NCBI GenBank assembly: GCA_904063045.1
Contig: CAJFCJ010000019.1
Location: 1,044,570 to 1,108,569, forward strand
DNA: 64,000 nt
Origin: Dimorphilus gyrociliatus
Lineage: Eukaryota > Animalia > Annelida
Reading direction: 5' to 3'
The notes under the pieces were generated by a model. The model was not told the DNA's origin and ran no database searches. It worked only from the letters and a program-made list of their open reading frames with translations. Positions 1 through 11,600 of this stretch are shown here, piece by piece. Within the stretch, counting starts at the first letter, position 1, and each line of letters opens with the position of its first letter. The position numbers and the translations under genes are program-made.

Positions 1-1625
1 TGTCTTATATTCTTTATAGCCATCAATCAATTCTCTGGTAATAAAAAGTGGCAATTATTGGAAACCTTATTGCAAAAGCCGGAATTTTCTTCAGATTAAA
101 AAACGGTCAGAAAAGAAAGGGGTGCTAGTGCTGTGAGAGCGTGAAAGCTAGAGAAAAAGCGGGTAGCTGTAGCTACAGAAAGACAGGCAGACACACTGAG
201 TGGGTGAGGGAGAGAGGGAGGAGAGAGAGAGAATAGAAAGGGAAAGAGAATGAATAAAAAAGGTGTGGATAGAAAGAAGAGGGAAAAAGAGAAAAAAAAT
301 GGAAAGTGGAAAAAGGAAGTGGAAGAGAGAAAGAGAAAAAAAACGAATATCGACTGATCTGAAAAACGATCGATTAAGGAACTATTTCTCCTTTACGTCT
401 TACCCTTGTCCCCTTTCGCTTGTTCATTCTCTTGAACGTGATGATGAATACAAAGAAAACAACGATTATAAAAATCCCAGATTCTGGGCGTAACTTATTG
501 TTGTGGGATGAATGAATCTGATTGACTAAGAGTATTGGATCAAAAGATTTAACAGTTTACTCTTTCTCGGTTAAATACCCCTAATCATCTTAATCTTTTC
601 CAGTGACTCTTCCGGAAAAGGATATTGTTAGTTGAAACAAAAAGAAATCCCCTATTTTATATTTATAAATGACCAATACAGCTTTAAGTGATAAATAAAC
701 GTCTCTTCCATCATCTTTTTCCTTTGGTCATTCATCAAGCGTCCTACAACTAGCCTTAGAGCTTTTGCATCGCAATCAATGCGATTACCACGACTTCTCT
801 CTTGAGGTTGAACATCGTCGCTTTTGTGTCTGATCATTATACAGAATATTTTTACAACCGATTTTCCTCTCTCGTTCCGCTTTGTGCATATAAATCGAAA
901 GAAGAGGGAATGAAATCGACTTCAAGTTGCCCCTCTCTTTCTCTCTCTTGCTCTCCGAAAACGTGCTCACAATGAAAATTTTCTCTATCTAATTCGTTCG
1001 AGTAGCCTAAACTCATTTTATTCCAAATGCTCTCTTAAATACATCGTGAGTTTATTCTTAATATGCTTAAAAATATTCTAATCATTGTTGAAGCGTCTAT
1101 TGCAGGCGAAACGTAACATTCTACACAATTGGCGAAAGTGGAATGTACAAGTGTACTAACCGAGCTCGTAATCGGCGGGCGTTATGCGACTAAGTACCGC
1201 AAATAAAGGTTTAAGAAGAACTATTGCGCAGAAAAATTGCCACCGCCGTTCATTAATTCTCCCAAGTGTATTTGACGAGAGCAACTGCCTTCAAAGTCGC
1301 CTATTTGGCAGTACAAGGAATTCTTCCATCTAGAAGCCTTACGACCCATCGACAACTGTACGCCTTCATAGGCCAGATGGTATTTTTCACGAAATTCACG
1401 TGGGATTCAACTCAAATATCTAAAACGAGAGGGTCGATCGAAGATCACTCTGCTTCATTCATATAAAAATAGCTCATAGTTATCTTTTACTTTATAATCC
1501 ATACTTTTTATTGCCTTTTAATGCGTATTTTTTTCAATTCGATTTCCTCTTTGTTCCATTCAGAAAGAAAGGCCAACTTATTACAAAATCTTTTTATTAT
1601 GTTTGTATAACTATAAAATGGTTTA

Positions 1626-1716
1626 ATATATATATATATATAGATATAGATATATACATATGCTGCATGTACTCTCTTCTTTCGACCACTTCTCTTTCTC
1701 TCTCTCTCTCTCTCTC
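1626..1716. repeat. (TA)n and (TC)n microsatellites
   Basis: Visible dinucleotide runs just downstream of the PMF1-like stop codon. Confidence 0.85.
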
Positions 1717-1737
1717 CTTCTTTTCCACTCTTCTCCA

Positions 1738-2526
1738 TTAAACTAAGCAATTTTGTAACAGTTCGCTGCTTACTGAATCCAATTGTTTATGAATATCTTC
1801 AGTTTCTTTCACCTTTCTCTCTAATTCATCTTTCTCCCTGTGGAAAAAAAAACAAATTTTGCTCCTCAATTTCTATTAAAGTAATGAGATTTATTACCGT
1901 TTTAACGCATCTTCCAATGATTTCTTCTTGTCATTTAGAGCGCTAATTTCGAAAGCATTCAAATCTATCCGACTATGGTTAAGTGGTCTAATTCAAAAAA
2001 TTAACGTAACGATAGAATGCTTTGAAGGTTTATTTATTTAATGAAGAATCATCTTACTTCCCATCTCCAGTAGTTTCTTTTTGTAAACATGCTTCAACTA
2101 GCTTTTCTCGATCATTCACAAGATCTAAGAATGACTTGCCGTCGGAACACTGAGGATCATTTAACAAACGATGAATTGTTTCCTGAAAAAAATACATAAT
2201 TTGATATTATGATTGATTATTCTTTTTGAATAGTTGACTACCTCGACATCCTTATTATAGTCATTTGTGCTATCATTCCATATTTCTTCTAGCTGGTCAA
2301 ATTTTTTTTTGAAAGCTCCGGGAAAGAGTTTTGAGAGAATTGCAAATCTGGATATTGATGTTACTCGAATAATTTATTTTTATATCCTTTATTAAAAGCC
2401 TTACTTGGGTGCGGATTTTGCTGCCAAACTTCTTAGAGTATTCTTTAAAACTTCCGAAGAAGTCATTAACGGTGTTTCTTCGTCAGTTTTCTCATTTTTA
2501 GAATCAATTTTTATTTTTTCCGCCAT
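1738..2526 (-). CDS. Cryptic 5-exon gene, 180 aa coiled-coil protein, probable PMF1/NNF1 (MIS12 kinetochore complex) homolog
   Basis: Exons 2526-2405, 2347-2242, 2182-2058, 1987-1898, 1837-1738. Four GT-AG introns of 57, 59, 70 and 60 nt, all phase-compatible, 543 nt total. Protein MAEKIKIDSK...KFAILSKLFPGAFKKKFDQLEEIWND...SFLDLVNDREKLVEACLQK...DLNAFEISALNDKKKSLEDALKREKDELERKV...NCLV*. The PMF1 assignment is by-eye similarity of size and helical pattern only. Confidence 0.8.
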
Positions 2527-2629
2527 TTTCGATTGAAAATATCGGTCACCCTCTATCTCATACTAAATATTCTCTATAAAAACCCAATAGGATCAGGAAC
2601 CATACTACATCCACGGATAACTGGTGAAA

Positions 2630-2655
2630 TTTGAAATTTACCGCCTTTTTTCAAA
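2630..2655. promoter_or_regulatory. E2F-like core flanked by two CHR-like hexamers upstream of the PMF1-like gene
   Basis: TTTGAA (2630-2635), TTTACCGCC (2637-2645) and TTCAAA (2650-2655), about 100 bp upstream of ATG 2526. Matches DREAM-type CDE/CHR cell-cycle elements. Confidence 0.45.
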
Positions 2656-5600
2656 AATAAGAAACCTAAATAGAAAGAGCTTTTAATTTATGCTGATTTA
2701 AATAAACAAAGCAGATAAGAAGAAGAAAGCTATATGATAAAAAAGATATGAATAATATCTTCAGGTTGAATTAATGCCTCAATGTATCAACAATAACTAG
2801 AAAGCTGATCTGCTCCCTTCTAGTACATATTACAGCAAATTGTAAACAGTGGTAGACGGAAGAACGTGAAATCGTAGAATGCTTTACGTTTATTACAGGC
2901 GTACTGCAAGTTTTGTTTATAACTGCTGCATTCGCTCTGCATTTTATACAAAGCCTTAGACGCGTGTCACTTTTCTCATGTGTAGATTAAATGCATTTCA
3001 TCCGGTTGAACTTTAAGGAGTGTTTGTTTATTTACAAAAAAATGTGACAGATATTATACAGATGCTATTGAATTTAATAAAAAATAAAAATAGACCTTTT
3101 ATGCTTTCGTTTTAGTTTATCCTTTATGCTAGTCCAGTCCATTTCCGATCAATCAGTAGCTCCCTTTATCTTCGTTTCTCTGTTCTCGTGACATTCCTTT
3201 TTTGTCAAATACCTTATTATTCTTATAAATTGTCAATAAATACAAGATTCCATCCCTCTCTAACATCCCTCTTTTCAGTATTAACGAGATTACAAATTCT
3301 ACTAATACCTATAATAGAAATTAATTGCAATAATGCGCACCGAAAATGTACTCGGTGATAAGTTGCTGTAGGAGGATATAGAATATGTAGTTTTATAATT
3401 AGAATACAATCTCGGTTTCACTTATACCCGTTCCTTCTCTTTCCTCTTAGGCCTATACGCAGACGCTCAATAAACCGGAAATTTATTTAAACCTTCCACT
3501 AAGACCGTCACTCCTATCGAACGGGTCTATTTGCATACGAGAATAAATCTTTTCGAGTGAATTCGCCACGTTGTAGAACGGTATAATATAGGCCTAGGTA
3601 AACAAATATTTTATGTTATATCTTGCCTATAAAAAATGCGACCCTTGACGCAAAAAATCGGATCATATACAAATAAATTCGTAATAGCATCATATATATA
3701 TATAAGTCATGTTTATATTTCATTTGTTTCTTGTAACACTTTCGCCTGTAATTAATCTAATACGTAATTCAATCAATTTCGCTAAGCTTTGACGCGTTAA
3801 CTTCATTAATTCGTTGCCATTGTTATGCATGAAATTTGCATTTAGAATTAGTTCTCCTAAAAATTCTTGTTTCTTATTCCTCAATTGTTTACAGTCAAGT
3901 ATCCAAATACGGTGCCCTTTAACCTTGTCCATTTTGTTTCTTTTACAATTTTTTCCTTTCTTTTTATTAAGCTTAAAAGCGAAAGCAAACTGTCTTTCAG
4001 ACAAATACACACACACACACTCATACATACTCTTTCAAACTTTTATACAAAAATTACGGTTGACAGATGGAAATTTCAACGCAATTATTGACAAATTAGC
4101 GCTAATTTCTACCGTTAATTATATCGTTTCGAAGCGTGTAATTTGATTTCTGTCATTGAAAAAGTACTTTATATATTATATATATATTGGTTATATCCTT
4201 TATAAATAGAAATATAAATATAATACATCTAAGGTTTAAACAATCGGAAAGTTCTTTCGTTTTACCCTAATGTTTATGGAGGGCTTATGATGTGTAAACT
4301 TTCAACGCGGCATTGAATAGGGGATTAATCAGGCCTATATATGTATCTAACTTATTGTATTTACAATAGTAAAAAAATAGCTTCGTCAACTATATAGTAT
4401 TTTGTGTATGGAGTTTCCTTCCTCTGAAATAAGAGAATATGATCTTCGGATCAAACGTACAAATATAAAAGAAAATTTTAAGCTATTCGCATTATTAAAT
4501 AAAACTAAGACTATAAAACTTGATTGATTATCCGGTCGTGAACCAATAAAATTCACACGAGTCCCAATGACGTTGATGTAGAGAGAGAGTCGTCTCATTC
4601 TAAGCTCGTCCTGTCAATCACTCATCCGATTCATTCTATCCGCAATCATGCGAATTCTTTCCGATTATAATGCGTCGTTGCAGTTTATTTCCATCATCCC
4701 TTTTTAATACCGTACGATACGGAGAGCGTTAGAATCGCTTTTATCAAACGTAAAGTCCTAAACGTATATATTGACCGAGCCAAGGCTATTTAAACATTGC
4801 GAATAAGCGATATAGGCTATAGTCGTAATCAGCCAGATACGAACGATTATGAGAGGGTGGAGGGGATTAATAGAGTGTATACTTTTCCTATCGATGACAA
4901 ACACTCTGCATAAAAGTCAATTGAATACCTTCTCTAGGGCAATACCGATTTACATCGTCCCCGGCGTCTAATTACGAACTAGGGGGTGATGGAAGTAGAA
5001 AGAAAGAGGTAGAGAAGCCGCTTCTCTCGAGGTCAAGCATCTGTCCGACTCCTGTTTTTTGGAAAATTGTATAGAAAGAGAGTGAAAGAGAAAAAAAACT
5101 TTCATACGCGTGCTCTACACCTGCCCCCCTGTAGACGCCGTTGGACGCCTCTTATTCATTTATAAGCGTGTATGAGTGAATTTATAAACGGAATGAAATG
5201 GGCGTGTTTCTGCAGCTGCGATTGGATAAACGCCAGCTTCAAACGAAAAGATGCCAGCTCCCCGCCGAGAAAAGGCGACTCTTCGTTCAACTGTATAAAC
5301 ACGCATAACGGAAAAGAGCCTATTCCAACACGCAGGCTTGACCTTTTGACTCGGAATGCGCTAATCACTGTCATTGTCGTACTGTACAAATTCTCATCTA
5401 CTGTATATAACGAAAGTCTTGACATTTAAGTTGTCTTTTCTTGGAGAAAAATTTCATTACAGTTTATTCGCCTCGGTGAGCAGATGTCCGAATCCGGTGA
5501 CAGGTGACTACCGTTTGCCAAATTTTTAATTATTCCAATTAGACGCCTTTACAATAGCGTTCACATATAAACGATATATAGTCGCCACAAGTAACACGCA

Positions 5601-8600
5601 AGTTATTATCGGGGAGGCAGTAAGGGAATAAAAGGAGGAGACATTCGCATCATTTTAAACGACGGTCGTTCGTCTTGTCGTAGAAAGCTCGGCAAATCGT
5701 ATTGCGATTCGATACGGCTCTAACAGTCTTATCAATAATGCACCGAGACGCCGGCTCGACTCGGTCTGACGCTTCTGAATCGCAAGAGCCGAGGATTTTT
5801 TATTAGAAGGCTTTCTTTCCAATCTTTTTTCCTTTCTTTTTCTCTTCCTTCATTCTGTATTTTTCCTATTTTCTTTATTATATGCTAAATAGAAAATTGT
5901 TGTGTTTACGGATTGGCCAGGTGCGCGTTGACGCCCCATTATGGAACGAAGTTGTGTTTGTCGAGGGTTGCCTGAGGTCGGGGTCACCGTGGTGACGTCT
6001 GCATGTATGTATGTATGTATATAAATTATCTACTCTGCCTCGCACACATGTTAAAGAAAAACTATATATAGCAGTCTATATACTTTTATTACTTTCCCAT
6101 CGCCGATAGCGTCTCGCCGTTTGACGCCGTCGACGCCTTAACGCCCGGAGCTGTCTTCCCTGAATCGACAGCGAGAAGATGAAAACTAAGGAGAGAGGAA
6201 GAGGCAGTTAATTGGAAATTTTTATAAGCAGATTAACGTAGAACGGGCAGGTGCTATCCTGCTAGCCGCGGTATTTTTGATGCAGAAAGGTTTTTAACGA
6301 GGCCTCGAGAGGTAAACACACATCCTTCTTTTCAATGATACATTCAGTCTTTTCCCAACATTCTATCCCCTCACCTTATTCAAATGACTAACTATTGAAC
6401 GCCCATACTTCAACAAACCGCTAATCAATGCATAACGTGCCGCTATTGTTCGCAACTGTTGATTACCGTCTTTTCTCAGCCAACTCATTAGTCGCCCTTT
6501 CTTTCATTAATTCGTCGAAAAAAAGGACTCGTTTGTTTTTTTTCTCTTTTTTCCCACCTCTCGTAATACCCCCCCCCCCTCCTCCCCTCATCCGCTCCTC
6601 TCCCCTTATGCCGTCAACAAAACAGAATATTCTTGATGAAAGATCGTCAAAGAGTGTTTATGAAAGGATAAGAAGATTTATACAGGAAGAATTGAAGGAA
6701 AAAAGTCAAGCCTATTTAAGAAATTATTATTTACTCGTTAATTTTACTACTTTTGCGCAGCAGTTAAGTGGCAACAGTGGCGACCACTCGGCTTATTTTA
6801 CTAATGCGTAATCGACCGTTAGAGGTCGCTGCGAACGCCACCTTGATTCTAGATCGCGTTCCAACGCTGACGAGTTTGGATAAAAGTTTACTACGAATCG
6901 CTCTGATAGAAATATAATTGATTTTTATCAACAAATTTTTTGAAGAAGTAAATTTATTTTAAAAATCAAGATTGTAAGTTCTTTATCTTTAATATTTATT
7001 TATAATTACGATTTTCCTTATTATCGCCCCCCGAACCGTAGTATTTGGCTGTTCATTGTAAAACAGTAGATATATATATATATATATATACATAAGAGTT
7101 CGACCAGGTGAGAATGTTTTTTTCTCATCGGTCTTATTTTATTTTCGAGGTTATTTCTTCGCTTGCGATGCATAGATTTTCACGGAAAAATAAGTTTTAG
7201 AGGGATTTTCTTGCATCTCCTACTTTTTTTATTGACGCTTTCTTTTTTTAAATGCTTATCTCAGTTGTTATCTGCATTTTGCATAAATCACCAGATTAGG
7301 TTTATCCTATTAGGTATGAGGTTCTCCAGCTAGACGATTATTGTAAACAAATATAACTATTTTTCCACATTCTTCTTGTACAAGTTACGACTCGCGGACC
7401 TGTTCGAAGCGTTATTCAAACATGCCTTGTTTTTATACTGGAATAATTACAATATCTATATATCGAGTCGATTGTAACACCTGGACACAATAGTTGTATG
7501 TATTGTTCAAAAGTGTTGAACACGTGTAAAAATATAAAGAACAGGACAGTTTACCAAATACGCGTATGTATCGTATGAATAATAGAAAATTTTGTGGCTC
7601 AATGATTTACAGGCGTATTGCTTATATGAATAATATAGCCGAGCAGCGACTACTGTTATCAAAAGATATTTACGATTCGTAACCGTCGCATTTCTATTCA
7701 AAGAGCATACGACCTTCCTGGGCTTTGATGGTATAGAGAGAGAGACCGTATGGACTAGTCGCTAAAAGTTTTTATAGGGGTTACGTAAAAAGGGAACATT
7801 TTCTTTACAGAAGCTTTTAAGACGAGGGTTATGTAGGGGCGGGGAAAAAGAATAGAAAGAAAAAGTCACTGACGAAACGGCGCTTTCGGCTAGAAAGGAA
7901 GACGTCATTTGCACTCCTCACGCACATTTCATGACGTAATCGTCAAATTGATGCGTTGCCCGTTATGCTCCTCTGACTACGTCTGTACCAGCTGCTTTTC
8001 GTTTATTCTTAAGCGTTTTTCATCTTTCAAGAGATTTCAACGCTCACCTTTTGACTTTATCACGTGATTAGGCTACAAACCAATCAGCAACTTTGCTCAG
8101 TCTACGAACGCCTTTACCACGGCCTTTGACATTCGAAGGGGAGGCCGGGGGGTTACTGTAAAGATGAAAAGCTGCTATTCTTTGCGGCAGAATAGAACAG
8201 TTCGATACCTGCCCGTCAAACCCTCGTCGGTTTGACAACGTGCTGTTTCGTTGCGTTAGGGAGAAGAGGAAGCTTAGTATTCTATTATTCAAAAAAAAAA
8301 AAAAAAGAAAAGCAACAACTTGCCCTGAAGGTGACAGTCAGGTTTACGTAACAGGGCTATAATACCAGGTCGAGAAGGAAACTGTCGCCTTATCGGTTTT
8401 GTTTAACAGCCTTTCTCAAAAAGCGATAAGCTACTCCCGTAATTTAGCGTAATTGCTCAAAGTCTACTTATCGGTCGCTTTCCATCGATTCTCACCAACC
8501 TTTTAAGTGGCCCATCCATTTACCCGTTATCTCTAATTGCTCTAACTCTCTTTTACTTTTCAGGAGAGCGACGGAAACCAGAACAAAAAAAAAACAATAT

Positions 8601-8636
8601 TCATCTGTAAAGTTCTCTTGAAGGGGAGAAAGCAAA

Positions 8637-11600
8637 ATGGAATTGTTTCCGACTTTCTTACTGCTTCTTTTGTTTTATTCCATCGTTGCTTCCCTTAAAA
8701 CTGATGCACAATATGACGAGGATATTAGGAAAAGGATGGATTTACAGCCATTATACGAACACAATCTAATAGGCAGTAAGTAAATTTTGTCTTGGCGCGA
8801 AAAGAAAGGAAGTTATAATGAGAGATAGAGACAGGAAGGAAGGGTGGAGAGAGCGTAGAAAGGAAGGGCGCTGCGCAAAGTTTATTTATACAAGAGTCTA
8901 TATTAGATAACGTTTATTAACGTCTACCAAACTTTATAAAGTTTTCCTCTCGGGAAAAGCTTTGGGCAATGAGGGAAAAATATGAGAGGAGGAAAAAAAT
9001 CGCGATGAATTGACCGGCACCCCGCCGTGCGGTCGAAATTAGACGCTTGTTGCTTATTAGCTTATAAACCCAACCGGATATTGAATCGAACAAAACTGCT
9101 ACAATAGAGTCTACGACGTTTTTTGAGTGATGTACGCACTGATTCCGTAGAGTATGTGAGATGCTTATTATTGGCTTTTTATGGAATTGATTTACGAGGG
9201 AGGCAATTTACGCGAAAAAAGTAGGTCATCATGATAAACTAAGCGTGACGTTTCCTTCCCGATCGAATGTTTGCTCTTTTAAGAAGGTTTTCTCCTCACC
9301 CCCACTCTACCTCCCAATCTACCACTTTTTTATTCCTAATGCGAAAGAAATAGTCATTGGCGGAGGGAAAATGTCATTGTGGTAATTTTACGCTGATTGC
9401 TTCTGTCTCATCTCGATTCCCTTTACCGGGACATTCCCCGCGGCATCCACGGACACGCCTTGCTCGCTGCAGGCATCGGTTCAAGCGAGCGCTCATTAAG
9501 GCTATAATCCTTCTTTACAGTATCATAATCCACGACACACCCGTAACTTTGCGGTAAGAGTACTCTCTCATTGTCAGCATCTCAATCAGTACACATCGGG
9601 GTTAGAGAGAACATATTTTCGCTTAAGTCTGTTATATTCTTTTATAAATAAACCCGCAGCAATGCACTTTTCATTTGTAATTATATCATTAAGAAGCTGC
9701 TCACTCTTTTCGTCAGTCAATTTTTTTCTTTTCATTCTACCCTCTTATCGTTACATCGTTGCTCCGGGACGACAATTAGCTGTGACCGGAAGTGAAAGCA
9801 GCTGCAACAATGCGGTGTGACCCTATGACCTGCCTTTCCGTTTTCTGGTTGTGTTTATGCGTGCCCGGTTTCTTGGAACGTTAACGAGATTTGCCGGTGA
9901 GCAAGTGCCCTGTCCACCCAAGCGAAAAGCTCAGACTTTACGTAACTCCATTCCACAACGCCGACATAGTTGATTGCAGTCAATCAAGTCTCTAAATGCT
10001 GTAGGTCTGCTCAATGATTGGGTAAGGGTCGTAGTCGGCGGGGGGGTTTTCTATTATTTCTGAAAGTTGGGCGGAGGCGATTCCTCATCGTCTCAACACT
10101 ATTCTTACCCGATTTGGGAATTTGAGGCGGTAATGACGATCGTCCTAAATGCGGAGCACGTCTATCGAACGAAAAGCGTTAATCGTCATTACTCATTCGA
10201 GAGCGTGCTGCACGAAACCCTCGAGGATGCACGCCTAAACTACGATTGGCCCCTTGTAAAAGGGGCGAGACAAACAAAACTCAGTTTTCCTCTCTCACCC
10301 TTTATAGTACTTCTATCTTGTTTCTTATCAATTTATTTCCCTCTTTATTCTTTCCCGCCCCCACTGTGCGTCCTTCCTTAGATTTAGGCTTGTAATAATA
10401 GAAAACCTAGTCCAGTCCATCAGCCAATTAGGCTACTAGTATTATGAGATGAGGGCCGTTTCAGGTAGCGTGACTGGTTGATTAGAAGGCAGCTGCAAAG
10501 AATCGGTCGTTGTTCATTTCTCGTTAAGCACGTTATCGAAGCTTAGTTATTAATAGATAAGTTGGAGTTTTTTTTACATGCTTTGCATACTAAAAGCGGA
10601 TCTTTTTAGCACTAGTTGTGTTTTGTTCTTTACGTCCATCATTTGCTCGTCATGTTTTACAAGATTATGCAGCTGCTTAAATGTTTATTATGAAACATTA
10701 TACTAGCTGGTATTACGATCGTATAATTGAACGTTTGATCAGTTGTAGAGAGGGGTGCAGTTGCAAGCGACTGACGACGAGCAGATGGCGCGTATTTTAA
10801 ATTAATCGAGTGGTCAGCCAGCTACTGCAAACAAGCAGTCCGCTGTATAGAGTTGATAGATTGTGCCGAAGCAGTCGATAATTTCATTTCGTCTACGAGC
10901 TGACGTGTCCTTTTCATTTAGGAGCTAGTTATAACTTCTTGTTTAGGGTTACGGTATTTCAGCTGTATACCAATTAGCAACTTAATTAAGCGTCTTGGAA
11001 AAAGACAGCAGGGTTACCACAGCGTATTTCCTTTCTCTATTTAAAGCCACCAACTTTTTTTATCTACGCTTCAACACCTTCCCATATGCATAAAGCCTTT
11101 GTATTTATACAGATTCAAAGAAGTGGACATTTAGAAGCAAAGAGAAATCGGATTACTTAAGAATATTATATGAAGAATCGGGTTGGGTGTTGGTGGGTGG
11201 AAGGTGAGGGATTTCTATCTCCATTTTTAGATTTATCGGTCTTGTTTGCTTTGGCCGTATAGGCACCCTGTCTACAGCAATATCCTAAATTTACTCCTGC
11301 CATTCTGTACTGAGTATGAAATGGCTAGTAAAAAATTGCTCTAGCTGCTATATTATTATATATATTTGCATTCTTTCTCATTTTATTGAGTTTTTCTCCC
11401 ATCTTCTCTTTTATACTTATGATTTTTCGTCTTTTTTCAGGGAAACGCTATATAACATAAGCGTACGGGATTTCAGTTATACAAAGGTGCGTATCTTCTA
11501 CTTTTATATTCTTCTTATGGATTCTTAGGTCACGTTTCTTTCGCTTTTTTTTCTCTTTCCTCTCCTTTCGATATCATTCTGTGCCTGTACGACGCTAAGG

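Noticed and set aside
263-493. 76-aa Lys/Arg/Glu-rich ORF
   Set aside because: Translation of a GA-rich simple tract; no coding signal.
438-521. C/D-box snoRNA-like pair (GTGATGA ... CTGA)
   Set aside because: No terminal stem, no recognisable rRNA antisense element and no host intron on this strand.
1508-1750. Overlapping ORFs on both strands
   Set aside because: Produced by (TA)n and (TC)n microsatellites.
7418-7427. p53 half-site AAACATGCCT
   Set aside because: Single half-site with no adjacent partner; expected by chance.
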